Positions 18,001 to 26,480 are shown, numbered from the stretch's first letter. The stretch: 46,730 nucleotides of DNA from an uncultured Candidatus Saccharibacteria bacterium (GCA_964424235.1 CAYRHY010000005.1:1-46730), one strand, 5' to 3'. Translations and numbers: made by a program. The notes: generated by a model from the sequence alone, not told the origin.

Positions 18001-18912
18001 ATGCTTTCACGCTACACGAAAGGCCGTTTGTCGTGGGTCGATTGCGTGTCTCCTACTCCAGCTGAAGTCCAAGCGCTCATGCGGGAGTTTTCTGTTGACC
18101 CGATGATCGCTGAAGAGCTCCTCCTGCCTTCGTTTCGCTCTAAAGTAGAGCGCCGTGGCAGTGTGCTCTATGTCATTTTGCACTTCCCGACGCTTCACGC
18201 GGGGCACAAGAAGCATGAGAACGAGATCGATTTCATTATCGGCAAAGATTTTCTTATAACGACACGCTACATGGTGCTCGACCCGCTGCACACGTTCGCA
18301 AAAACATTTGAAGCAGAGACGGTACTAGGGCGCGACGGTAGCGCCACGCACGGTGGCCATCTTTTTGTCGCAATGACGCGCAGCCTCTACAGCGCACTCG
18401 GGCGCGAGTGCGATACGATCGAGCGCCGGTTGAGCGATATCGAGGAGCACATCTTCGCGGGGCAAGAAAAACAAATGGTGAAACGACTCTCACACATCAG
18501 TCGACTCATTCATGATTTTCGCCAATCGCTCATGTCACATGGCGAAATGTTGCGTTCGTTTGAACCGGTGAGTGCACGATTTTTTGGTGCTGAGTTTTCA
18601 TTTTATGTGCATGAACTCATCGGTGCGTATGAGCGCGTCGACCGCCGGCTTGATCGCCTCCATGATTCGCTCCTAGAGCTGCGCGAGACCAACAACTCGC
18701 TGGTCTCCACGAAGCAAAATGAAATCATGCAGATGTTCACCGTGCTCGCGTTCGTCTTCCTCCCTATTTCATTCATCGGGCAGTTGTTTGGTATGTCGAC
18801 TCCACACATTCCATTCATGAATAATCCGTACGGGTTTTGGATGGTGCTCTCGATCATGCTTGTCACAGCGGTATGTTTCTTCGTATATTTCAAGTCTAAG
18901 GATTGGATATAA
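18001..18912 (+). CDS. corA: CorA-family divalent cation transporter (GMS variant of the GMN motif)
   Basis: Two C-terminal TM helices with FLPISFIGQLFGMSTPHIPF. The start is moved from 17968 to 18001 because the -10 box lies inside the longer ORF. Confidence 0.75.
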   Translation: MLSRYTKGRLSWVDCVSPTPAEVQALMREFSVDPMIAEELLLPSFRSKVERRGSVLYVILHFPTLHAGHKKHENEIDFIIGKDFLITTRYMVLDPLHTFAKTFEAETVLGRDGSATHGGHLFVAMTRSLYSALGRECDTIERRLSDIEEHIFAGQEKQMVKRLSHISRLIHDFRQSLMSHGEMLRSFEPVSARFFGAEFSFYVHELIGAYERVDRRLDRLHDSLLELRETNNSLVSTKQNEIMQMFTVLAFVFLPISFIGQLFGMSTPHIPFMNNPYGFWMVLSIMLVTAVCFFVYFKSKDWI

Positions 18913-18915
18913 AAC

Positions 18916-20379
18916 ATGTTTGGTTTCCTCAAGACAAAAAATGCGGGCCTACCACCGCTCTACTTTCATAACACCCTCTCCGGAAAACTCGAGGAGTTTG
19001 TACCGCTGCGCCGTACTGAGGTAAAGATGTATAACTGCGGGCCAACCGTCTATGGCACGCAGCATATTGGCAACATGGGCGCCGCGGTGTTTGCCGACGT
19101 GTTGCGCCGCACACTAGAGGCTTGGGACTACCAGGTCAAACAGGTCGTCAATATTACCGACTTTGGACATCTCTCCTCAGACGCAGACGAAGGTGACGAC
19201 AAAATGACCATCGGGCTGAAGCGCGAGGGCATGAAGCTCACGCTCCAAAACATGCACACGCTCGCCACAAAATATATGGAGGAGTACTTTGCCGACCTCG
19301 ACCAACTTAGTGTCGATAGAAGTAAAATTACCTTCCCGCGCGCGAGCGATTATATCCCCCAGCAAATTAGCCTCATTAAAGCGCTGGAGGAAAAAAGCTA
19401 CGCATACAAAACAAGCGACGGCGTTTACTTTGATGTTTCGCGATTCCATGACTACGGCAAGCTGGGCAATATTGATCTGGAGGGCCAGCGCGCGGGCGCG
19501 CGCGTCGAGGCACATCCTGAAAAACGGGGGCCGTTCGATTTTATATTGTGGAAGTCTGATGAAAAGCTTGGGTGGGAAAGCCCGTGGGGCCTAGGGTTCC
19601 CTGGGTGGCACATAGAGTGCACCGCGATGATCTTCACCATTCTCGGTAAACAAATCGACATCCACACCGGTGGCATCGAACATATCCCTGTGCACCACAA
19701 TAATGAAATCGCACAGGCTGAAGCTACGACTGGCAAGCAATTTTCAAAATTTTGGCTGCACCGCGACCACATCACCATCGATGGTAAAAAAATTTCCAAA
19801 TCATTGGGTAATACTATTTTCGTGCACAACATCATCGACCGCGGTATCAATCCGCTCGCCCTGCGCTATTGGTTCCTCACCGCACACTACCGCACCCAAG
19901 CCAACTTCACCTGGGACGCACTCACTGCCGCAGAAACGGCACTTACTCGCCTACAGCGCACCTATTTGGAACTTAAAACCAATAGCGACTCTCGCTCAGG
20001 GAACATCACTTCGAGCCCTTCAGAATTTCGTACAGGTTTTCTCTCTGCAATGGGAAATGATTTAGACACCCCCGCGGCAATTGCACGTATTTGGGATTTG
20101 ATTAAAGACCAAAACATTTCTAATCAGGAGAAATTAGAAGCCCTCACTTTTGCTGACACTATACTGGGACTTGGGCTTGGCGACGAGCGCACAGCAACTA
20201 AACTAAAAGTGCTTGAGCAAAACGAGTTGCCAAAAGAAGTACAAACATTAGTTGAGGCACGCGAAGCAGCCCGCAAAGCAAAAGATTTTGCAAAGTCAGA
20301 CGAGCTCCGCAATCAACTTGAAACTTTAGGCTATTCGGTCAAAGACACCTCTGAAGGTCAAAAAATTTTTAAGGATTAA
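18916..20379 (+). CDS. cysS: Cysteinyl-tRNA synthetase
   Basis: MYNCGPTVYGTQHIGN (HIGH region) and KISKSLGN (KMSKS). Confidence 0.9.
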   Translation: MFGFLKTKNAGLPPLYFHNTLSGKLEEFVPLRRTEVKMYNCGPTVYGTQHIGNMGAAVFADVLRRTLEAWDYQVKQVVNITDFGHLSSDADEGDDKMTIGLKREGMKLTLQNMHTLATKYMEEYFADLDQLSVDRSKITFPRASDYIPQQISLIKALEEKSYAYKTSDGVYFDVSRFHDYGKLGNIDLEGQRAGARVEAHPEKRGPFDFILWKSDEKLGWESPWGLGFPGWHIECTAMIFTILGKQIDIHTGGIEHIPVHHNNEIAQAEATTGKQFSKFWLHRDHITIDGKKISKSLGNTIFVHNIIDRGINPLALRYWFLTAHYRTQANFTWDALTAAETALTRLQRTYLELKTNSDSRSGNITSSPSEFRTGFLSAMGNDLDTPAAIARIWDLIKDQNISNQEKLEALTFADTILGLGLGDERTATKLKVLEQNELPKEVQTLVEAREAARKAKDFAKSDELRNQLETLGYSVKDTSEGQKIFKD

Positions 20380-20394
20380 ATACAAAAAATTAAC

Positions 20395-20417
20395 GGGCCG
20401 GACGTTTCGTCCGGCCC
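20395..20417. terminator. 10-bp GC hairpin between convergent cysS and a small membrane-protein gene
   Basis: GGGCCGGACG-ttt-CGTCCGGCCC. A T-tract follows on the minus strand (GTTAATTTTTT). Confidence 0.65.
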
Positions 20418-20423
20418 TGTGCG

Positions 20424-20720
20424 TCATTTACGCCAGCAATCAGCCGCCACCCCATCATCTGCGGCCAGCGCTTTGAGTGAAGTTGGCAAGGTGATTTTTT
20501 CGCACCCCTTCGCCTTAGCTACAGAGTCCAAATCTCTTTGTCTTGGTAAAAATTTGACTCCGGCAAGATCTTGGCGAGTCAGTATGATCGAAGTCTTTGG
20601 ATTTTTGGGCTCCATAACCCACCCTAAAAGGCCGAGAAGGAGAAGAGTGATCAATACTGCAACAAACACTGCAAGAAGCCACTTCCCCACCTTCTGCACT
20701 GTACCCACAGCACTCGACAT
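20424..20720 (-). CDS. Hypothetical membrane-anchored protein (98 aa)
   Basis: One N-terminal TM helix, SD AAGGAAAGG 7 nt before the ATG, plus its own promoter and terminator. Confidence 0.55.
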   Translation of the reverse strand: MSSAVGTVQKVGKWLLAVFVAVLITLLLLGLLGWVMEPKNPKTSIILTRQDLAGVKFLPRQRDLDSVAKAKGCEKITLPTSLKALAADDGVAADCWRK

Positions 20721-20748
20721 GTCAGAACCTTTCCTTGTTACTGAAAGT

Positions 20749-20776
20749 AATCTACAACACTCGCGTATTTAGTCAA
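20749..20776 (-). promoter_or_regulatory. Promoter of the 98-aa membrane-protein gene
   Basis: TTGACT (20776-20771), N16, TAGATT (20754-20749). Confidence 0.5.
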
Positions 20777-20852
20777 TAATTTCTCTATCCCCAATCTATC
20801 CACGCAATTGTCCATATTCCCTTCTTGTGTGAGAAGAGTACTCTTATAGGTA

Positions 20853-22268
20853 ATGGCCGATACACGAGGCAAAGCAACGGTGCAACCAAACGCAAACAAA
20901 GGCGATAGGCGATTACGCGTACCTCCGCAGACTATCGAGACCGAAAAAGCACTCTTGGGAGCGCTCATGATCCGCCCGGAGGGTATGTTTGAGGTGAACG
21001 ACGTCATCACCGCTGACGCGTTTTATAGTGAGAAGCACCGCATCATCTTTCGCGCCATGACGGCACTCTATAGCCGCAGCGAACCTATCGATATTGAGAG
21101 CGTGCGTGCAAAATTGAGCGACGAAGGTTCGCTCGAGCAAGTGGGTGGCGCCAACTATCTGGCCGAACTGGCAGCCGAGGTGCCTGCCGCGAGCAATGCT
21201 CTCTACTACGCAAACCAGGTGCAAAAAAAGTTTATGTTGCGCTCACTTATTGACGCAGGCGAGTTTGTTGCTGAGCTTGGGTATGACGAAGCTGAGGAGT
21301 TAGATGAAACACTGGATAAAGCCGAGAAGAAAATTTATGAAGTAACCTCGACCCCTACCCTCTCAAAATTTGTATCGCTGCGTGAGACACTCTCGGGCGC
21401 ATGGCAACGTCTCGAACATTTACACGAACACAAAGATGAGATCCGTGGCGTGCGCACTGGTTTTCGCGACCTCGACAACATGCTCGCCGGGCTCCAGAAG
21501 TCTGACCTCATCATTCTTGCCGCGCGCCCCTCGATGGGTAAAACCGCCTTCGCTCTGGACATCGCACGCCAAGCGGGCGTAGCACACCAAGTCCCAGTCG
21601 GCATCTTCTCACTTGAAATGAGCGCACAGCAATTGGTCGACCGTATGGTATCGGCCGAAGCACGCGTCAATTCATGGAACTTGCGCACCGGCCATATCAG
21701 CGACCAGGAAGATTGGACACGCATTAAAGACGCGTACGAAAGACTCTCTGCGGCGCCGATCTTTATCGACGACGCACCGGGCGCGACTATTCTCAAGATG
21801 CGCGCGGTGGCACGACGCCTGAAGCGCGAGCACGGGCTTGGGCTCCTCATTGTCGACTACCTCCAACTCATGGTACCGACCAATACTCGCTCCTCAGATT
21901 CGATGGTGCAACAGGTGACCGAAATTTCAAGATCACTCAAAAACCTCGCGCGCGAGCTTGATGTGCCGGTCTTGGCGCTCTCACAGCTCTCACGCGCCGT
22001 TGAGCAGCGCGGTGGCAAGCCACGCCTCTCGGACCTGCGCGACTCAGGCTCGATCGAGCAGGACGCCGACGTGGTCATGTTCATTCACCGCGACGATAAG
22101 CGTAACCCTGAGAGCGACAGGCCCAATATCGCCGAGATCCTTATTGAAAAACACCGCAATGGCCCAGTGGGCTCGATCGAGCTCTACTTCGACGAAAAGC
22201 GCACCACCTTCGTTACACTGGAGAAGTCCGACATGTCGAGCTTCGAGTCGTCGCTCACCGATTTCTGA
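20853..22268 (+). CDS. dnaB: Replicative DNA helicase
   Basis: PPQTIETEKALLGALM N-terminal domain, Walker A ARPSMGKTAFAL, IVDYLQLM. Confidence 0.9.
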   Translation: MADTRGKATVQPNANKGDRRLRVPPQTIETEKALLGALMIRPEGMFEVNDVITADAFYSEKHRIIFRAMTALYSRSEPIDIESVRAKLSDEGSLEQVGGANYLAELAAEVPAASNALYYANQVQKKFMLRSLIDAGEFVAELGYDEAEELDETLDKAEKKIYEVTSTPTLSKFVSLRETLSGAWQRLEHLHEHKDEIRGVRTGFRDLDNMLAGLQKSDLIILAARPSMGKTAFALDIARQAGVAHQVPVGIFSLEMSAQQLVDRMVSAEARVNSWNLRTGHISDQEDWTRIKDAYERLSAAPIFIDDAPGATILKMRAVARRLKREHGLGLLIVDYLQLMVPTNTRSSDSMVQQVTEISRSLKNLARELDVPVLALSQLSRAVEQRGGKPRLSDLRDSGSIEQDADVVMFIHRDDKRNPESDRPNIAEILIEKHRNGPVGSIELYFDEKRTTFVTLEKSDMSSFESSLTDF

Positions 22269-22292
22269 TAGAATAACGCGCGACGCAACGTA

Positions 22293-22913
22293 ATGGACCC
22301 GATTCAAAAACTCACCACCCTGTTTGAAAAATTCCCCGGCATTGGGCCGCGCCAGGCGCGACGTTTTGTGCAGTATGTACTCGCCACCGACCAAGGCTAT
22401 CGCTCTACCCTCGCCGACACTATCCGCACGCTCGGCTCGCAGACGAATCAGTGCAAGCAATGCTTTCGCTGGTTCGTACGCTCTCCCGAAAAAACGACAC
22501 TGTGCACTACCTGCGCGAGCAGCACGCGTGACAAGTCGACTATTTTTATAGTCGAGAAAGACGCCGATATCGACAATATCGAGCGCAGTGGATATCGAGG
22601 GCTTTATTTCGTTTTGGGCGGGACGATTCCTCTGGCGAGCGAGGAGCCCGAGCGCCACATCCGCCTGCGCGAACTTCTCTATCGCGTTGAGCATGATGCA
22701 GCGCAAGAAAGCCATCTGCAAGAAATTATTTTAGGCCTCTCGGCTACAACCGAGGGCGACCATACGCGTCGCATGCTGCAAGAAAAACTCCTCCCTATCG
22801 CAGAAGGCCTTCATTTCAAAATTTCCTCGCTTGGTCGCGGGCTCTCCACTGGCTCGGAGCTCGAATATGCTGACCCTGACACTATTTCAAGCGCCCTCAA
22901 TTCGCGCCAGTAG
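22293..22913 (+). CDS. recR: Recombination protein RecR
   Basis: FPGIGPRQARRFVQYVL (HhH), Cys4 finger CKQC...CTTC, Toprim region. Confidence 0.85.
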   Translation: MDPIQKLTTLFEKFPGIGPRQARRFVQYVLATDQGYRSTLADTIRTLGSQTNQCKQCFRWFVRSPEKTTLCTTCASSTRDKSTIFIVEKDADIDNIERSGYRGLYFVLGGTIPLASEEPERHIRLRELLYRVEHDAAQESHLQEIILGLSATTEGDHTRRMLQEKLLPIAEGLHFKISSLGRGLSTGSELEYADPDTISSALNSRQ

Positions 22914-22966
22914 TATTTGACATTTTAAAATTATTGGGCTAATTTATTTTTGGAAAGGAGGGGGCT

Positions 22967-23296
22967 ATGCAGTCACAGGGGGTGTATAAACGAAAGGATC
23001 GCACCTTCGAGGAGGTGCGAGATGTGCCAATCAAAAAGCAGCGTAGGAGGCTACACACTGCAGTAGGAGGATTCGCAACCGCCATTCTTGTTGGATGGTT
23101 CACTTACCAGGACTGGGGCAAGCTGTCGTTTGAGGATGCCGGTTTTTGGCTGATCGTAGCCATCCTCGGTGCCATCCTGGGGCTAGTGTATTTGTATAGA
23201 TTCATAAGCCAAGCCAATAGCCTTAGCAAATCGTACGGATTTAAAGAACTAATCATAGGAACAATAAGAAGCAAGCTGGCACACCGAAAAAGATGA
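22967..23296 (+). CDS. Hypothetical membrane protein (2 TM)
   Basis: Strong SD GGAAAGGAGGGGG directly upstream; followed by a terminator. Confidence 0.55.
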   Translation: MQSQGVYKRKDRTFEEVRDVPIKKQRRRLHTAVGGFATAILVGWFTYQDWGKLSFEDAGFWLIVAILGAILGLVYLYRFISQANSLSKSYGFKELIIGTIRSKLAHRKR

Positions 23297-23307
23297 CTAG
23301 CGACCTC

Positions 23308-23345
23308 ACTCCGACCCTACACCCAGGGTCGGAGTTTTTCTTTTT
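23308..23345 (+). terminator. Rho-independent terminator
   Basis: 11-bp stem ACTCCGACCCT/AGGGTCGGAGT followed by TTTTCTTTTT. Confidence 0.75.
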
Positions 23346-23358
23346 ATTATTCTGATTT

Positions 23359-23384
23359 AAAAAAAACCCGGCTTTGAGCCGGAG
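23359..23384 (-). terminator. Terminator of rplU
   Basis: Minus strand reads CCGGC-loop-GCCGG followed by a T8 tract. Confidence 0.55.
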
Positions 23385-23387
23385 TTT

Positions 23388-23783
23388 TTATTTAAGACCC
23401 AAAATTTTGACTTCGAAGAAAGGTTGGCGGTGGCCGCGCTTTTTGAAGTAGTTAGACTTGGCTTTGTATTTAATTACAGTAACCTTCTTAGCCTTGCCCA
23501 TGCCGGTGATCTCGGCTTGGACTTTAGCGCCTGGGATAGTTGGCGTGCCGATAGTGGTATCTGAGCCATTATCAACAAGGAGGACATCACTAAAGACGAC
23601 CTTGTCACCCACCTTATGCTCACCCGAGATCTTTTCGATCTTAAGGGTGTCGCCCTCAGCAACGAGGTACTGCTTGCCGCCCGTAGCGATAACAGCAAAT
23701 TCCTTTGCCATTTCCTTAGCCACTTTTGCGGCCTTTGGAGCTGCTTTTTTAGTCGTTTTTTCCTTGGTTACTGCTTCTGCCAT
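23388..23783 (-). CDS. rplU: 50S ribosomal protein L21 with a Lys/Ala-rich N-terminal extension
   Basis: FAVIATGGKQYLVAEGDTLKIEKI core, preceded by about 28 aa: MAEAVTKEKTTKKAAPKAAKVAKEMAKE. Confidence 0.9.
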   Translation of the reverse strand: MAEAVTKEKTTKKAAPKAAKVAKEMAKEFAVIATGGKQYLVAEGDTLKIEKISGEHKVGDKVVFSDVLLVDNGSDTTIGTPTIPGAKVQAEITGMGKAKKVTVIKYKAKSNYFKKRGHRQPFFEVKILGLK

Positions 23784-23824
23784 AACGAAAAGACTATACC
23801 GGAAATCGCCCTAAAAAGCAACTG

Positions 23825-24910
23825 TTAGTCGACCAAATCGAGCAGTGGCCGGTCGGCGGACTCAAGTTTGAGGTCCATCCCCTCGTCGGTTATCTTGACA
23901 ATGTCCTTATCTATCTGTCTAAATGCTTTTCCGGAAGACTCGTAGTGCCCCACCGCTTGGCTAAGCGATTTGCCCATTTTGTTGTGATACTCCTGGTAGG
24001 CGCTCAAATGCTTACTGAGCTCGCCAATATTTTTGATGATTTTTTTTGAATCCTCTTGAATCTTCATACGTTGGTTTCCAAAGAGTACTGTTTGGAGGTA
24101 GGCCAAAAAAGTCGTTGGCGAGGTAATGATAACGTGCTTCTCTTTATACGCATACTCGATGAGCCCGCGCGAGTTGACCCCTACCCCAACATCGTTATTG
24201 AGCAGGTCATAGTAAATCGCCTCTGAAGGAATGAACATAAACGCAAACGGTGTGGTCTCCTCTTCAGGGCGAATATATTTTGAGGTTTCATCGATGCGCT
24301 TCTTAACGTCAGAGCGAAATTCTTTTCGATACTGCTCTTTCCGCACCTCATCGCTCTCATCAATAAGGCGCAAATAATTTTCCAACGGAAACTTCGCATC
24401 TATCGGGATAAGCCCTTCGGTCGTACGCACCACCATATCAACCGCTTCCCCATCTCGAAATTGATACTGCGGCGTATATTGCCCGGGCGGCAACACATTT
24501 GAGAGCACAAGCTCGAGCGACGCTTCGCCCAAATTGCCGCGCTGTTTTTGATTTTTTAATACCTTTTCAAGATTCGAGAGCTGCTCTGCGATAGTGAACA
24601 CCTGCTTGGTCGACTCCTTTGTCTCAGTTACCCCCTTCGTCACCTCCAAGAGCTGGTCAGAGACGCGGCTGGTGATATCGCTCATAAGGCGCTGCGACTG
24701 GTCAAACTGCGCACGCATCGACTGAAACATCTGCTCGTTGCCTTGGCTCAGTTTGGTATCCATCGAGCGAGTTAATTGTTCGAGCTGATTCTGGAGCAAG
24801 AGCAGTCCTTGCGTATCTTGCTCGACTTGGACCGTTTGTCGACGCAGTAACAGATAGCCAACGAGCCCCAGATTAGCGAGCAGTAGTACCACAATAGCGA
24901 TTTCTAGCAT
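23825..24910 (-). CDS. rmuC: DNA recombination protein RmuC
   Basis: N-terminal TM plus coiled coil; DMVVRTTEGLIPIDAKFPLENY nuclease-like core. Confidence 0.8.
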   Translation of the reverse strand: MLEIAIVVLLLANLGLVGYLLLRRQTVQVEQDTQGLLLLQNQLEQLTRSMDTKLSQGNEQMFQSMRAQFDQSQRLMSDITSRVSDQLLEVTKGVTETKESTKQVFTIAEQLSNLEKVLKNQKQRGNLGEASLELVLSNVLPPGQYTPQYQFRDGEAVDMVVRTTEGLIPIDAKFPLENYLRLIDESDEVRKEQYRKEFRSDVKKRIDETSKYIRPEEETTPFAFMFIPSEAIYYDLLNNDVGVGVNSRGLIEYAYKEKHVIITSPTTFLAYLQTVLFGNQRMKIQEDSKKIIKNIGELSKHLSAYQEYHNKMGKSLSQAVGHYESSGKAFRQIDKDIVKITDEGMDLKLESADRPLLDLVD

Positions 24911-24947
24911 GATTGCAGTCTACCACGCCTCAGGCTATGATGAGCAC

Positions 24948-25400
24948 ATGACACAACAAGATTTGCGTGAAGCAATGAAAGACGCTATGCGCGCCAAAGA
25001 TCCAGTAAAACTCGCCGTTATCCGCGGCCTCCTTACCGCCATAACTAACGAGTCGATTACAAAAGGTAAAGGCCCTGAAGGGGTATTATCCGAGGAAGAA
25101 GTACTCACCGTCATTGCTCGCGCTGCGAAGCAACGCAAAGACGCCATGGAGCAATTTATCGCTGGTGGCCGCGCCGACCTTGCCCAAAACGAGAAGGCCG
25201 AGCTTGAAATTTTATCAACCATGCTCCCCGCTCAGCTGACTGAGGATGAGGTCCGTTCCGCTGCACAAGCAAAAGCAGCTGAAATGAACATTACTGACAA
25301 GTCAGGCGCTAACCAGCTCATGGGCGCACTCATGAAAGACCTCAAAGGTAAGACAGATGGCACCGTCGTAAAGGCGATCGTCGACTCCCTCTTCGCCTAG
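24948..25400 (+). CDS. yqeY: GatB/YqeY domain protein
   Basis: LREAMKDAMRAKDPVKLAVIRGLLTAI. The ATG at 24948 lies 6 nt after the TATGAT box. The longer ORF start would overlap the rmuC start. Confidence 0.75.
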   Translation: MTQQDLREAMKDAMRAKDPVKLAVIRGLLTAITNESITKGKGPEGVLSEEEVLTVIARAAKQRKDAMEQFIAGGRADLAQNEKAELEILSTMLPAQLTEDEVRSAAQAKAAEMNITDKSGANQLMGALMKDLKGKTDGTVVKAIVDSLFA

Positions 25401-25410
25401 TCTGCGCAGG

Positions 25411-25440
25411 TTGACAATTTTAGTTTTTGTCTGCATACTA
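25411..25440 (+). promoter_or_regulatory. Strong sigma70-type promoter of the small-ORF cassette
   Basis: TTGACA (25411-25416), N17, cATACTa with TG just upstream (25432-25440). Confidence 0.6.
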
Positions 25441-25481
25441 TTTGCGGAGGTTTTACTATATACAGTCGAAGGAGCGAGCTC

Positions 25482-25685
25482 ATGACAGGCCAAGGATGGA
25501 TTCGTCAGCGTAGCACCAGAGGTGACCACAGACGCGGCGTCAGGAGAAAGCCTGATGGTCTGGTGCACACCAGCATAGGCACGTCAGATGGGCGTGACCA
25601 CACGTCAGAGCTGAGAGAATCTCTCAGAAGGTGTGGTGACGATACTCCAGTCGAACCAACAGGAGAATCTCTATGCGAGGACTAA
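25482..25685 (+). CDS. Hypothetical highly charged 67-aa protein (coding status uncertain)
   Basis: AAGGAG lies 7 nt before the ATG. No TM segment. Rich in AGA/AGG Arg codons. Shares a VEPTG motif with the next ORF. The same region could instead be a structured leader. Confidence 0.4.
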   Translation: MTGQGWIRQRSTRGDHRRGVRRKPDGLVHTSIGTSDGRDHTSELRESLRRCGDDTPVEPTGESLCED

Positions 25686-25855
25686 TCGTAGCGACAGGAG
25701 TTCTCCTAGCGGTCGCGTTTTTATTCTCTGGGTGTAAAAGTGCAAATGTGAGCACTCTCGCTACCGGACCGACGATACACATCCTGGGAAGTGACCCTCA
25801 GGACGTCGAACCTACAGGCACCACACAAGGCCAAGTACCAAACGCCGACGAGTAA
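25673..25855 (+). CDS. Small putative lipoprotein (60 aa)
   Basis: AGGAG SD; signal peptide ending in the lipobox-like LFSGC. Confidence 0.55.
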   Translation: MRGLIVATGVLLAVAFLFSGCKSANVSTLATGPTIHILGSDPQDVEPTGTTQGQVPNADE

Positions 25856-25875
25856 CAACGAAAAGGAGGAAGTAA

Positions 25876-26106
25876 ATGAGACTTGGGTTTACGATACTCC
25901 TACTGGGTGTAGTTATGACACTCAGTGGATGTGCCTGTGGCCCTTATGGCTGCTACACTGCGCCCCCACCAGTTAATCTAGGAGTGGGATACGCGCCAGC
26001 ATATGGCTACGGCCCACATGGTCGCCCACCACCACCTCGGGGATGGGGATGGCAGCCTCCTCCTCCTCCGGCGTACTATGCCCCTAGAGTAGGTCGCAGG
26101 TGGTGA
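25876..26106 (+). CDS. Small Pro/Gly/Tyr-rich putative lipoprotein (76 aa)
   Basis: AGGAGG SD, lipobox LSGC, mature part has PPPP runs and GWGW. Confidence 0.6.
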   Translation: MRLGFTILLLGVVMTLSGCACGPYGCYTAPPPVNLGVGYAPAYGYGPHGRPPPPRGWGWQPPPPPAYYAPRVGRRW

Positions 26107-26378
26107 TGAAAATCATGCTGATGCTCGCTCTTCTACTTGCAGGGAGCGCGGGCGCACCAGCACACGCAGGTTGGGTATGTAAAAACAAAGAAGTGGTCTG
26201 GGTTGGGAAGAAACAAGTTTTTGACCCAACCCGCTGGTCATCAATACCACTCATCAAACTCCCCTCCTCAGAATTCGAACAAAAATGTCGAGGGAGCGGC
26301 AAACGACGCACAAACACTGTGCGTCGTTTATTTTTTATTTATTCTCCTATTTCTTTTGCCCCCTCTTCACTTTTCTGA
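26106..26378 (+). CDS. Small secreted protein (about 90 aa)
   Basis: TGATG coupling with the preceding ORF. Signal peptide MKIMLMLALLLAGSAGAPAHA. The 3' end runs through a strong terminator, so the C-terminus is doubtful. Confidence 0.5.
   Translation: MKIMLMLALLLAGSAGAPAHAGWVCKNKEVVWVGKKQVFDPTRWSSIPLIKLPSSEFEQKCRGSGKRRTNTVRRLFFIYSPISFAPSSLF
26301..26340 (+). terminator. Strong rho-independent terminator of the cassette
   Basis: 12-bp stem AAACGACGCACA/TGTGCGTCGTTT, 5-nt loop, then ATTTTTTATTT. Confidence 0.8.
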
Positions 26379-26480
26379 TAGTATGTGTTGGTGCTATTTG
26401 GCCCTATAATCGAGCAAAGCGAGAGGACAAAAGCTAGCTTTTGATTCCGAGCGAGCGATGATTATATGGCCGGCGAAGCC

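Noticed and set aside
20419-20772. The 117-aa plus-strand ORF overlapping the 98-aa minus-strand gene.
   Set aside because: It starts inside the cysS terminator hairpin with no SD or promoter. The minus-strand ORF has a promoter, SD, TM helix and terminator.
25640-25820. The VEPTG motif shared by two cassette proteins, considered as a sortase LPXTG-type signal.
   Set aside because: The motif does not fit L-P-x-T-G, because Pro is adjacent to Thr. It is not followed by a hydrophobic segment and basic tail. It is kept only as evidence of relatedness.
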